Shown: piece by piece, positions 8,427 to 16,689 of the stretch
Numbering within the stretch: position 1 is the stretch's first letter
How the letters are laid out: each line of letters opens with the position of its first letter
Source: a virus
DNA: 44,835 nt
Direction: 5' to 3' (one strand)
Virus record (IMG/VR): IMGVR_UViG_3300037511_000186
Span: 1-44,835 of that record
The notes under the pieces: generated by a model
Database searches by the model: none
Told to the model about the DNA's origin: nothing
What the model saw: only the letters and a program-made list of their open reading frames with translations
Made by a program: the position numbers and the translations under genes

Positions 8427-8706
8427 CCTTTAACTCCGCCTGTAAATAATCAATTAATTCAGGAGTTAAATAAACATCAGCGGGGAGACCATCTATTTCT
8501 TTTAAAGCATCGATCTTGCCTTTTTCATAAGCAAAATCAATCGCTTCATTAACAGCGTCATCTGATGATAGGAGCATATCTTTCTTACCTTCTTCGTAAG
8601 CTTGATTCATTAGTTCCACAATGCATTTTGCTTCTTGTTCAGGATCGGGGCAATGCGCACAAAACCAAACAGATTCGGTGTCCTTAATAGTATATTTATC
8701 TGTCAT
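8416..8706 (-). CDS. hypothetical protein (96 aa), paralogue of 7995..8426
   Basis: I prefer the ATG at 8706 (MTDKYTIKD...) with GGGAG 5 nt upstream over the GTG at 8712 used by the ORF track. Shares MTDxYTI, FC and ELMNxAYxEG with its neighbour. Confidence 0.65.
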   Translation of the reverse strand: MTDKYTIKDTESVWFCAHCPDPEQEAKCIVELMNQAYEEGKKDMLLSSDDAVNEAIDFAYEKGKIDALKEIDGLPADVYLTPELIDYLQAELKDDR

Positions 8707-8715
8707 TTTCACTCC

Positions 8716-9006
8716 CTATCTAAAATAAATATCATTCATATAGCAGTCATCGTTAAATACTTCGTCGCCATAATAATCCATACCCTCATCAATTAAATCT
8801 TGTTTAGATTCATCTGTTACCATAACGGAAATATTATAAGCGGGATATCCGTGAGAAACACCATCGAGCATAGCTAAAATACTATGCGCCATTCCATGAC
8901 AAGCGGTAGAAATATCAACATTTTGTCTTGACCAATAATTAGCCGCTTGGCGGATACCTTCAATAAACTCCTCAAGAGTTTCTTCTGTGGTTTTTTGCCT
9001 GCTCAT
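8716..9006 (-). CDS. hypothetical protein (96 aa)
   Basis: ATGA overlap with the stop of 9003..9356. No motif recognised. Confidence 0.6.
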   Translation of the reverse strand: MSRQKTTEETLEEFIEGIRQAANYWSRQNVDISTACHGMAHSILAMLDGVSHGYPAYNISVMVTDESKQDLIDEGMDYYGDEVFNDDCYMNDIYFR

Positions 9007-9356
9007 TTTTCATTCCTTTTATGAAGCTTCCAACTAATCCATAAATCAACCAAATCTGAAATAGCCGTATTTATATTTTGGGATTCTGACCTTTCTAAAA
9101 ACTGAGCAGAATCACCTTCACCAAAAGTTAATCCGGCTTCATAACGCGAACCGGTATGACGTATTTCTAGTCTTCCAGAATCAAAAAAATCAGATAAATT
9201 TATATAGGAAGAATAGGGTGGATCGTATCTATCTTTTACAGCTTCTTGACATTTGAAATCACAAACTCTGTATTCCTCTCCGTTGGATAACTCAACCGAT
9301 CTAAGACCATCGTGAGCTTCACGGTCACAGAAATCACAAAAATATTTAACAGCCAT
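9003..9356 (-). CDS. hypothetical zinc-ribbon-like protein (117 aa)
   Basis: N-terminal CDFCD...CDFKC Cys pairs. GGAGAG lies 8 nt upstream of the ATG. A 150-nt non-coding leader precedes it. Confidence 0.6.
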   Translation of the reverse strand: MAVKYFCDFCDREAHDGLRSVELSNGEEYRVCDFKCQEAVKDRYDPPYSSYINLSDFFDSGRLEIRHTGSRYEAGLTFGEGDSAQFLERSESQNINTAISDLVDLWISWKLHKRNEK

Positions 9357-9506
9357 ATTCTATTCTCTCCTTTTAAGCGGGGACACATCAGGATACGAGC
9401 CTGATTAGTTCAGCAATCCCCATAAGATACAACCCCGAATTCAAGTTATCTGTTTATAGCGTATATCCCGTTATCTACAGAATCCGAGGCTGTATTTTAT
9501 GAGAAC

Positions 9507-9938
9507 TTATTCATGAACCGCATTAATACTCGTTCCACTACAGAAGTTAACGTTAAGATATAGTGTTGTGCGCGTACTATTGGGTATATCTTGAAAATTT
9601 TCTGTTGCGTATAGATTACATGAAGGGCTATTACCTAACACGCTCTCATAGTATCGAGCCGTACCTTTATGGTAGTATTCTACGCTTTCAATATTAACCT
9701 CGGTAGGGTCTGCGAAATTAACTACTTCAATCGGAAAGTGATACACATAGTCCCCTATATCATCATTGGTAGCGATGTAGTGTACGGTATCGTTAATTAA
9801 AAGCTTAACTTTTATTTGTTCTATCTCTTCTGAATTAGTTATATGCAAAGAAAAACTATGATCGTATTTTCCGGTAGCGTTTACGGTGAAGGGCAGTATA
9901 GATAAAAGGAATAAAAACGGTATTGATTTTTTAAGCAT
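9507..9938 (-). CDS. secreted or periplasmic protein of unknown function (143 aa)
   Basis: N-terminus MLKKSIPFLFLLSILPFTVNA/TG has the n-h-c layout of a Sec signal peptide with an AxA-like cleavage site. AAGGAG lies upstream. Confidence 0.65.
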   Translation of the reverse strand: MLKKSIPFLFLLSILPFTVNATGKYDHSFSLHITNSEEIEQIKVKLLINDTVHYIATNDDIGDYVYHFPIEVVNFADPTEVNIESVEYYHKGTARYYESVLGNSPSCNLYATENFQDIPNSTRTTLYLNVNFCSGTSINAVHE

Positions 9939-9955
9939 AATAAAATACTCCTTAT

Positions 9956-10279
9956 TTAATTAGATAGTGAAACTTTGTTGACGTTATCTTGTTCTAAGCT
10001 CTTATCGATTTTCTCAATATTATTAATTATCGGCACAAAAGATTCCAGAACCATTTTAGATGCATCTTCCTTTTCCATTAGCATAAGAAAAGAAACTGGT
10101 ATGACACTGTGGAAAGTTACTAAAGGTTCCTTTGTGTCAGAAAACATTAAAGTAAATCTAACTGATTTGGTGGTAAATAAAGGTGTCGTACAAAAATGCA
10201 AAGTGTTGTAGTCGTTTTCTTTAATATATGTTTCCATATCTTTTTGTATCCTGCTTAGTATATCATTAAGGTTGCTCAT
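9956..10279 (-). CDS. hypothetical protein (107 aa)
   Basis: Co-directional and abuts its neighbours. No motif recognised. Confidence 0.6.
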   Translation of the reverse strand: MSNLNDILSRIQKDMETYIKENDYNTLHFCTTPLFTTKSVRFTLMFSDTKEPLVTFHSVIPVSFLMLMEKEDASKMVLESFVPIINNIEKIDKSLEQDNVNKVSLSN

Positions 10280-10485
10280 TATTGTTTGCCTTTATTAACG
10301 GAATTAAATTTTCTTATTACCCTACGTTTAGCGGGCTCTAGCATCTTAAAGGTATTAGTACAAGCATCGTACTCCATGTGATAGGGATACAATCCGTACT
10401 TATCGATTAAATAAGATTCTAGTTCGGTGTAGTTCATTTCAATGAATTTCATAAATCTTGTTAATTTGTTACTCATAATCTTCAC
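10279..10485 (-). CDS. hypothetical protein (68 aa)
   Basis: The stop overlaps the next start at 10279. No motif recognised. Confidence 0.55.
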   Translation of the reverse strand: MKIMSNKLTRFMKFIEMNYTELESYLIDKYGLYPYHMEYDACTNTFKMLEPAKRRVIRKFNSVNKGKQ

Positions 10486-10690
10486 ACTTTGAAAAATCTA
10501 TATCGTTCATTAAAATATAGGTACCGTCTAAATCCTTCGCTATGTTACGAACGTCTTGGCAAGTTCTTACTTCATAAACGGTGGGACTTGGCTTTACTAA
10601 AAAGAAAAGTGACACACCTAAGAAACTAGCCAATACGAGTAACATAAAAACTTGCACATCTTTAAACACGATCATCTTCACCATTTTCAT
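10469..10690 (-). CDS. small membrane protein (73 aa)
   Basis: One hydrophobic segment, FMLLVLASFLGVSLFFLV. First ORF after promoter copy P2. Confidence 0.6.
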   Translation of the reverse strand: MKMVKMIVFKDVQVFMLLVLASFLGVSLFFLVKPSPTVYEVRTCQDVRNIAKDLDGTYILMNDIDFSKCEDYE

Positions 10691-10719
10691 TTCTACAAAC
10701 TCCTAATCTTTATAAAGTA

Positions 10720-10748
10720 AGTATAGGGTATTGTGCGGATGTTGTCAA
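10720..10748 (-). promoter_or_regulatory. sigma70-type promoter, copy P2
   Basis: The minus strand reads TGTTGACAACATCCGCACAATACCCTATACTTAC: TTGACA (10748..10743), 17 nt, TATACT (10725..10720). It differs from P1 at 2 of 34 positions. Confidence 0.7.
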
Positions 10749-10751
10749 CAA

Positions 10752-11594
10752 TTAAATTGATAAAACTCCTTCAGCTATCATTTGCTCGTCAGTCCATCCA
10801 GCCTGCTTATATTGCTCATATGTTATGCCGTTGGCTTTAGGCGTCATTACACGAGTCGGCGCAGGGGGCACATTAAGAATCTGTGGATAAGGTGGAGGCA
10901 TAACACCAGAAGTTACTTTGCCTTGATCATCACAAGCCACATAAGAGACAGGTTGAACCGGAGGTACAAAAGAAGCGGGCGGAGTAGCGCTTGCACCAGG
11001 AGGTAAAGGCGCGTTGCCAAAACCTACTGATTTGGGATCTGGCCCAAGTACTATACGTTCGCCATACGCACTGAACGCTACCATCATGTGGTTTAAGTAA
11101 ACACCAGGTTGTTTATCGGAATCATTACCTGCGATAAGTGCGTGCACTTGCATAAAGTCACCAAGGTTGACGTAGTTTTCTTCAGTAATCAATTGGCTCC
11201 CATCTGCATTATAAATCTTAGGTGCGAAGGAGCGAGAGAACTTAAGCACCCAATTGCCGGGAAAACCTTCCTTATCACAAGGACGGCGATTAGCTTTATT
11301 AAGCACCGTGGAATCCCCGTCAGTAATCTTCCAACTAAAATCTGGCCTTTCCCATTGACCTTTAGGAAAAGCAACTTTACCAACATTGTAAATTACTTTA
11401 CCCCACTCTGTTTGGTTCCAGTGTGTTTCATTCCCTTTAGGTATTGCTAAAGCAAAATAATAATCCACACGGGGTTGACCCGCGTTCTTGCCGGTTTTAA
11501 ATACTAAGGGCTGGTTTTCTGCGTTAAATTCATTGCCTTTATATAAACTACCTTCTACTAAACGTCCGACTGGTGTTGTGATTGTTTCACTCAT
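10752..11594 (-). CDS. putative ssDNA-binding protein (T7 gp2.5 / DUF2815-like)
   Basis: 280 aa. It sits between the DUF2800-type nuclease and PolA, as in other phages with this replication module. The N-terminal two thirds are followed by a Pro-rich linker (PLPPGASATPPASFVPPVQP) and a C-terminal tail. Called by context and general pattern only. Confidence 0.55.
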   Translation of the reverse strand: MSETITTPVGRLVEGSLYKGNEFNAENQPLVFKTGKNAGQPRVDYYFALAIPKGNETHWNQTEWGKVIYNVGKVAFPKGQWERPDFSWKITDGDSTVLNKANRRPCDKEGFPGNWVLKFSRSFAPKIYNADGSQLITEENYVNLGDFMQVHALIAGNDSDKQPGVYLNHMMVAFSAYGERIVLGPDPKSVGFGNAPLPPGASATPPASFVPPVQPVSYVACDDQGKVTSGVMPPPYPQILNVPPAPTRVMTPKANGITYEQYKQAGWTDEQMIAEGVLSI

Positions 11595-11808
11595 TTGCTT
11601 TGTTTCCTTTTATTGTGTTAAATTCATTTTCGGATAATCCCATTACGAAATTTATTTTAAATAATCGATCTTCTTCTGAAATTACTGAAGTATTTAAATT
11701 TCTTAGCACTTCAGAAAAATCATTAGCTTCAAAAATTTCTTGAATAAGGGTAATTACTCCAAGAGTATGTCTATTTATTATTTCACCTTGAATAAACCAA
11801 TATTTCAT
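11587..11808 (-). CDS. hypothetical protein (73 aa)
   Basis: Preceded by the conserved junction AGGAACCAACAGAATGA. Confidence 0.6.
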   Translation of the reverse strand: MKYWFIQGEIINRHTLGVITLIQEIFEANDFSEVLRNLNTSVISEEDRLFKINFVMGLSENEFNTIKGNKANE

Positions 11809-11978
11809 TCTGTTGGTTCCTCTTTAAATAAGCTAATTAATCGGCTCATGCCCTCCGAAATTAAAGTAAAAGCAATTATCATTTCTTCGTGGTCCATAGA
11901 TTCTAATTTCTCATCCGATAAATTCTCATAAATACTTCTTAATTCTGTTTCAAGATTAGTTAAATTTTTAAGGTTCAT
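11805..11978 (-). CDS. small hypothetical protein (57 aa), below the ORF-track cutoff
   Basis: My translation is MNLKNLTNLETELRSIYENLSDEKLESMDHEEMIIAFTLISEGMSRLISLFKEEPTE. It starts and ends in the conserved AGGAACCNNCAGAATGA junction. Confidence 0.55.
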   Translation of the reverse strand: MNLKNLTNLETELRSIYENLSDEKLESMDHEEMIIAFTLISEGMSRLISLFKEEPTE

Positions 11979-12118
11979 TCTGATGGTTCCTTTTGTTGAT
12001 TAAGAGTTTTCATTAGTTGATGTAGGTTTTGTAGTATTTCTTTTTGTTCGGGGTTAGCATGAAAAGGTATGCAGCGTAGAACAAGTAGTACTGCCTGTGC
12101 GATCAGTTTATTTATCAT
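11975..12118 (-). CDS. small hypothetical protein (47 aa), below the ORF-track cutoff
   Basis: My translation is MINKLIAQAVLLVLRCIPFHANPEQKEILQNLHQLMKTLNQQKEPSE. Same conserved junction at both ends. Confidence 0.5.
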   Translation of the reverse strand: MINKLIAQAVLLVLRCIPFHANPEQKEILQNLHQLMKTLNQQKEPSE

Positions 12119-12130
12119 TCTGTCGGTTCC

Positions 12131-12331
12131 TTATAAGTTATTTAAGTATTTGTTAAATAGCTCTTCCCTATTTTCAGCATCAAAAGGCATTGCTATAATG
12201 GAGTTATTAGTTAGATGTATTTCCACATAAAATTCTAGGAGGTCATCTTTACCGCTAACCATGTATAAAATATCTTTAGAATCTAATAAATATTGCACTT
12301 GGCTTATAGAGTCTATCAATCTCATTTTCAT
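12131..12331 (-). CDS. hypothetical protein (66 aa)
   Basis: ATGA overlap with the nuclease gene stop. No motif recognised. Confidence 0.6.
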   Translation of the reverse strand: MKMRLIDSISQVQYLLDSKDILYMVSGKDDLLEFYVEIHLTNNSIIAMPFDAENREELFNKYLNNL

Positions 12332-13464
12332 TTCTTAAATACCTCTTTACTCTTTTTAAAATCGATTCTGTTTAATTTTAAACTCTGTTTTCGCTCAGAA
12401 TAACTTTTAACTATTGTTTCATCCATTCCTAATTTTATAGCTTGAGTGGGTGTTATTATATCTTCCTTTCGTAGGTTTACTCCCAAAATATCACCTAACG
12501 CCAGTAATTCATTTCTATCTGCACTCCAATTTAAGTTTCCATATTTAGAGGTAAGTTCGTAGTGGTCCACGGGGGTGCCATTCATAAGATGATGAGTCAC
12601 TTCAGTCTCTAATGCAGTAATACGAAAGTCTAAAAGGTCGCGAGCTTCGTGTAGTAACTTTAATTCACTACCCACGTGTCTAGGGTCCAGGCCTTGCGGA
12701 GCGTCCCTGAAGGCTACTTCAGTAGCACCAAAAGCTGCTTGTTGCAAAGCGGGACATGCATGACGTGCTGGGCAGTATTTACATTCTGCGCTTACTTTAA
12801 GTGGCGCATTAGGGGACATTGAAAGAGCTTCGCTGATAACCAAGCGTTGACGATAGCTTTCAAGTTCTTGCAAGGTTAGATGCCAAAGCCTATGTTTACT
12901 ACCGGAATTAAAATCTCGAGGTTGTATTATGTGGAGATAGATAGAAATAGGTGTTGTACAATCGGGTATTCTTTTATCTAATTTCTGTTCAATTTTTTTT
13001 ACTATTCCACATGTGTATTCCAACAATTGCCAGTTTTCATAAATCTCTATAGGTGTAAATCCAAATTTATAATCAAATACGTGAATAGCGGTAGAGGAAT
13101 TATCGTTTAAATCGAAAGCCCAGGCATCTGGCGTCCCCCAACATTCTAAGTGTATATCTGAAATATCTATTTTTTCTTCTATGTGTATGTCCGCCAAATT
13201 AGATACGAATTTTTTAAATATTTCAAAATAGTATTTAGCGCCCTCATACATTTCTTCAGTAAATTTAGCTTGACCATTCGCAGTTGTACTAATAATAATA
13301 TTTTCTTTTAAATATAAAGCCGCTAACTCATGCGCTAAATCCCCTTCAGTACTAGCCTCGGTTTTTTCATTACGTCCGTATCGTTCTTCCATAGCGCGTG
13401 AGCCGGGACAAGCCATACGACGCGCTGCGCTGCTGGGGGGTAGCTTACTGTGTTCGTTAGTCAT
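12328..13464 (-). CDS. PD-(D/E)XK exonuclease, DUF2800 / Cas4-like with Cys cluster
   Basis: N-terminus KLPPSSAARRMACPGS resembles the DUF2800 start. The FDYK...E..Q nuclease core region and the C-terminal CKYCPARHACP Cys cluster are typical of Cas4-like phage exonucleases. Confidence 0.8.
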   Translation of the reverse strand: MTNEHSKLPPSSAARRMACPGSRAMEERYGRNEKTEASTEGDLAHELAALYLKENIIISTTANGQAKFTEEMYEGAKYYFEIFKKFVSNLADIHIEEKIDISDIHLECWGTPDAWAFDLNDNSSTAIHVFDYKFGFTPIEIYENWQLLEYTCGIVKKIEQKLDKRIPDCTTPISIYLHIIQPRDFNSGSKHRLWHLTLQELESYRQRLVISEALSMSPNAPLKVSAECKYCPARHACPALQQAAFGATEVAFRDAPQGLDPRHVGSELKLLHEARDLLDFRITALETEVTHHLMNGTPVDHYELTSKYGNLNWSADRNELLALGDILGVNLRKEDIITPTQAIKLGMDETIVKSYSERKQSLKLNRIDFKKSKEVFKK

Positions 13465-13769
13465 TACGGTATCCTTGGTAGGTATTTATAAATAGGAACG
13501 TATACACTTTTGGATTCCTGAGTAAGTTCCTTCCATTCGTTAAAAAATTTTTCATTCTCTTTAGAAATATCTAATTCAGGGTTTTCAGTAGCATGCTTTG
13601 CCCATTTCTCATGTCCCTCTAAAGCTCTAGATTCATTTTCATATCTTTCCGCAACTAACCATTTGTCCTTAATAAATAAAGCGGTTTCCCACATCTTTAC
13701 ATCGAGTGCATAGATAGTGCTAATCGTGATGCCGTTTTCAAGCTTGGTTTTAATATTCATGTCGCTCAT
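13464..13769 (-). CDS. hypothetical protein (101 aa)
   Basis: Its stop shares base 13464 with the nuclease ATG. No motif recognised. Confidence 0.6.
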   Translation of the reverse strand: MSDMNIKTKLENGITISTIYALDVKMWETALFIKDKWLVAERYENESRALEGHEKWAKHATENPELDISKENEKFFNEWKELTQESKSVYVPIYKYLPRIP

Positions 13770-13948
13770 TTGAAAAACTCTATAATAAAATGGCAGCTGC
13801 TTAAAAGAATAGCGATAAGAGATACTTTAAAAATAAATTCTTGTCGTTCATATAGGTTGCCCATACGCTCCTTAGTAATTTCATTAACAGCATTTTGGTG
13901 TTTCATATAAACGGCAATATTTGTTAAAACCTCATTTAAGTCAGCCAT
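13766..13948 (-). CDS. small protein with C-terminal hydrophobic segment (60 aa)
   Basis: C-terminus VSLIAILLSSCHFIIEFF. The start overlaps the stop of the small ORF upstream. Confidence 0.55.
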   Translation of the reverse strand: MADLNEVLTNIAVYMKHQNAVNEITKERMGNLYERQEFIFKVSLIAILLSSCHFIIEFFK

Positions 13949-14108
13949 TTTTTTGCATCTCTAACATGTATTGTTTAATAATTTTTTCTACATCATACTT
14001 AATTAAAACCGGGTCTATTTTTTTAGGGCCAAACATCTTTAAAGTTTCTTGCATTTTGTGGGTACAGCTTACGATACATTCGTTAATTACTTGTTCACTT
14101 TTAGTCAT
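13941..14108 (-). CDS. small hypothetical protein (55 aa), below the ORF-track cutoff
   Basis: My translation is MTKSEQVINECIVSCTHKMQETLKMFGPKKIDPVLIKYDVEKIIKQYMLEMQKNG. AAGGAG lies 7 nt upstream. First ORF after promoter P3. Confidence 0.55.
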   Translation of the reverse strand: MTKSEQVINECIVSCTHKMQETLKMFGPKKIDPVLIKYDVEKIIKQYMLEMQKNG

Positions 14109-14131
14109 TTCGAATCTCCTTGTGCGCTGTT

Positions 14132-14160
14132 AGTATAGGGTGGTGTGCTGTAGTTGTCAA
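14132..14160 (-). promoter_or_regulatory. sigma70-type promoter, copy P3
   Basis: The minus strand reads TGTTGACAACTACAGCACACCACCCTATACTAAC: TTGACA (14160..14155), 17 nt, TATACT (14137..14132). Confidence 0.65.
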
Positions 14161-14168
14161 CATGATTT

Positions 14169-14372
14169 TTAAATAAGTTCTAATTTACGTAAGGACTCTT
14201 TCACTTTTTCAAATTCCAGGTCTCTGACTTCTTTATTCTCGTATTTGGTTTTGTGATAATTGGTTCCAAAAACGAAAATAATTAAAAACAATCCTTCCTC
14301 TTCAGAAAGTAATATGAAGTCTATTTTATCAAGGGAAACCACACTATTACTAAACTCTAGAAATTTAACCAT
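14169..14372 (-). CDS. hypothetical protein (67 aa)
   Basis: Overlaps the upstream gene by 8 nt. No motif recognised. Confidence 0.55.
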   Translation of the reverse strand: MVKFLEFSNSVVSLDKIDFILLSEEEGLFLIIFVFGTNYHKTKYENKEVRDLEFEKVKESLRKLELI

Positions 14373-15357
14373 TTTCTACAACCTCCGTAAGTTCATTATA
14401 AAAAGGAGCTAATAGCTCGGGATGTTTATCAAGTTCATTAATATTAGAGACGCCGAATTTAGCCGCTAAAGCTATAACCTGTTCGAACTTTAGTTTTTTA
14501 GTCCGAGTATTCTCAAGTACGTACGCTATTAAATCAGCGTGGGTTATGTCTGTTTTAACGGGTTGAAGCTCTTTTTCGGTAAACATAGACGAGTCTTCAT
14601 CTATAAAAATCTTGGTATCGGGACCTCCCCTGCCTAACTTTTCATCAAACTCTAGCGGCTTTCCTTTCTCGGATTTTAAACGCTGTAGGGTTTCTGAATT
14701 TAAAGAACCGAAAGTTTTTAAAGTTTGATATTCTTCCTCACTTATAGTGTGGACTTGATGTTGAAAAACCACGGTTCTTTGCGACTCGGGCTTAATTTTT
14801 TCTTCTCCGTAACAAGAATCTGCGTAAGCTTCATCTAATTTCTCTTGTTTGGTTTTACGTTTCTTACGTGGTTTTATAATTTTACAGTTAGGGTTTGTTG
14901 GGACATCTACAACGCCAACTCTACGAACATCTATCGGTTTTTGATCCGAATCAAATTTAAGCTTACCTTCATGCCTATCAATAATATGCTGTGGAACCCA
15001 CGCGGTGCCAGCATCACCGTTAAAGACAACCATTCGTAATGAATCACCTACGTATCCTGTATATTCTGTGAAAGGTTTACCACGGGGTGGGAGACGTTCG
15101 CTTCCTACCATAAGTTCATATTCACCTTCTGTTAATATTATTACATCCTCGGCAACGGGAGGTTCTGATGCGCTAGCAGGTTTACCTGGATTCTCTTGCT
15201 GCTCTTTTGTCCAAGCGTCATAAAAGTCTTTAGGAATTCTTTCCACTTCAGTTTCCATAATTTTGGATACACGAGAAGCGGTTAAGTAATTACTTAAATC
15301 CGTTATATCATTTTCTGTAAGGTCTTTAATATTAGTTATTTTAATTTCAATTGGCAT
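14365..15357 (-). CDS. hypothetical protein (330 aa) with a basic KPRKKRKTKQEK patch
   Basis: Largest ORFan of the early block. No catalytic motif recognised. Confidence 0.7.
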   Translation of the reverse strand: MPIEIKITNIKDLTENDITDLSNYLTASRVSKIMETEVERIPKDFYDAWTKEQQENPGKPASASEPPVAEDVIILTEGEYELMVGSERLPPRGKPFTEYTGYVGDSLRMVVFNGDAGTAWVPQHIIDRHEGKLKFDSDQKPIDVRRVGVVDVPTNPNCKIIKPRKKRKTKQEKLDEAYADSCYGEEKIKPESQRTVVFQHQVHTISEEEYQTLKTFGSLNSETLQRLKSEKGKPLEFDEKLGRGGPDTKIFIDEDSSMFTEKELQPVKTDITHADLIAYVLENTRTKKLKFEQVIALAAKFGVSNINELDKHPELLAPFYNELTEVVENG

Positions 15358-15493
15358 TTTCGATTTCCTTTTCTATTTTAGCTATGCGATGTTCTAAATC
15401 AGAACAATTCTGTTCAACCTTAGATTCTTGAATTATCCAAAGAAAGGTTAGTGTAATTAGAGTTATAAAAAACGCCCAATCAACTTTAGTCAT
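15347..15493 (-). CDS. small membrane protein (48 aa), below the ORF-track cutoff
   Basis: My translation is MTKVDWAFFITLITLTFLWIIQESKVEQNCSDLEHRIAKIEKEIENAN. AAGGAA lies upstream. It overlaps the next start by 11 nt. Confidence 0.5.
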   Translation of the reverse strand: MTKVDWAFFITLITLTFLWIIQESKVEQNCSDLEHRIAKIEKEIENAN

Positions 15494-15661
15494 TTATTCA
15501 GTTTCCTTTAGTAGATATTTAAAGAGTATCTTTTCGATCTCTTTTTCAATTAACACTTTCTCTGATTGTTCGATCATCTTAAATACACGTAAAGCGTTGA
15601 ATATTTTAATGGCACACTTCTTACTACAAGCATTAAGTACTGCTAATTCCATTGGCTTCAT
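15494..15661 (-). CDS. small hypothetical protein (55 aa), below the ORF-track cutoff
   Basis: My translation is MKPMELAVLNACSKKCAIKIFNALRVFKMIEQSEKVLIEKEIEKILFKYLLKETE. ATGA overlap with the stop of 15658..15852. Its TAA is directly followed by the next ATG. Confidence 0.5.
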   Translation of the reverse strand: MKPMELAVLNACSKKCAIKIFNALRVFKMIEQSEKVLIEKEIEKILFKYLLKETE

Positions 15662-15852
15662 TTTACTTCCTCTTGATCACATCGTTGTTGTAAAGGTCCC
15701 GGCGTAGCCCCTTGTGGTACCTCGTTAATATCTTCACAGTTAAGTTCGGGAGGCTCATTAGCCTCTTCTTTTTTAAGTACGTCCACATGGGCTACGCCTA
15801 TTATAATACTACCAGCAAGTACTGCAGCGTGTAGGAGGTCCATGTTAATCAC
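15658..15852 (-). CDS. small protein with N-terminal hydrophobic segment (64 aa)
   Basis: LLHAAVLAGSIIIGVAHV segment. Tightly coupled to its neighbours. Confidence 0.55.
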   Translation of the reverse strand: MINMDLLHAAVLAGSIIIGVAHVDVLKKEEANEPPELNCEDINEVPQGATPGPLQQRCDQEEVK

Positions 15853-16054
15853 CTTTTAATTCGTTAACTAGTTTTTTGTCACACCAGAGTTCAATTTGCC
15901 AGTGCCCGTGATCGATGGTAACGTGAAAATCGTCTTTAGTTAAAGGCGCTGCGCTGGTTGACTCTATAGTAATTTTTATCTGTTTGTCAGAAAAGTTTCT
16001 AATCGTCATTTTGTTTTTACAATTAGTAATTTTCTTTTCGCTATGAAGTGCCAT
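15845..16054 (-). CDS. hypothetical protein (69 aa)
   Basis: Co-directional, with an 8-nt overlap downstream. No motif recognised. Confidence 0.55.
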   Translation of the reverse strand: MALHSEKKITNCKNKMTIRNFSDKQIKITIESTSAAPLTKDDFHVTIDHGHWQIELWCDKKLVNELKGD

Positions 16055-16060
16055 TTTAAT

Positions 16061-16267
16061 TTAATCCTCCGTAAATGACTTTATTTTGGCCTTATTAAAC
16101 TCTTTATCAATCAAACATAAATCCTTGAGCACATCTTTAAGCTTTTGTTTACCTGCTTCGTTATGTGCCGCAATGAGATATTTACCAGTTTCTGGGTGCA
16201 CAGCCATCTCACCATTAAGTTTTATAAAATAGCGTTCGACTCTTTTACCGGTTAATCCCCAAAACAT
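16061..16267 (-). CDS. hypothetical protein (68 aa)
   Basis: Co-directional and closely spaced. No motif recognised. Confidence 0.55.
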   Translation of the reverse strand: MFWGLTGKRVERYFIKLNGEMAVHPETGKYLIAAHNEAGKQKLKDVLKDLCLIDKEFNKAKIKSFTED

Positions 16268-16270
16268 TTA

Positions 16271-16531
16271 CTACCCCTCGGTTCTTTCAATAATTTGAAG
16301 CATGGTACCGGCTATCTCACTAAGAGACATGGGTGGTAAATCTTTCCACACTTTTCTTTTCGCCTCATGCTTTAATTCGCAATTCTCGTTACAATAGTAG
16401 TTGCCTTTAAAAGTGGATTTTTTAGACCAAAAGAATTTTCCACCAACCGTAAATTCTTTTCCATTTCTTAGATATATGGTGATGGGGCTTATACAATTCT
16501 TACAATAGTTTTTGTGGATTGAGTAGTTCAT
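16271..16531 (-). CDS. hypothetical Cys-rich protein (86 aa)
   Basis: CKNC ... CNENC pairs suggest a zinc-binding fold. Confidence 0.55.
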   Translation of the reverse strand: MNYSIHKNYCKNCISPITIYLRNGKEFTVGGKFFWSKKSTFKGNYYCNENCELKHEAKRKVWKDLPPMSLSEIAGTMLQIIERTEG

Positions 16532-16689
16532 TATTCGAGCCCCTCTTTAATAGCGCAGATTGCTTTATATTTCTGTACCAACTTTAGCAGGTACTCTACT
16601 TCTAATTCCAAAGCTTGTTTTTCTTCTGTTAGCTGCCATATCTTTTTTTCTAAAGCCTGAACTTGATCAAGCATTTTTATCTCAAACAT
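16531..16689 (-). CDS. small coiled-coil protein (52 aa), below the ORF-track cutoff
   Basis: My translation is MFEIKMLDQVQALEKKIWQLTEEKQALELEVEYLLKLVQKYKAICAIKEGLE. TAATG overlaps at both ends. Confidence 0.5.
   Translation of the reverse strand: MFEIKMLDQVQALEKKIWQLTEEKQALELEVEYLLKLVQKYKAICAIKEGLE

Noticed and set aside
9357-9506. The 150-nt leader as a CsrA-binding target (GGA motifs, one in a hairpin loop and one in the ribosome-binding site)
   Set aside because: I count only four GGA motifs in 150 nt, close to chance expectation. It is worth testing, but the sequence alone does not support it.
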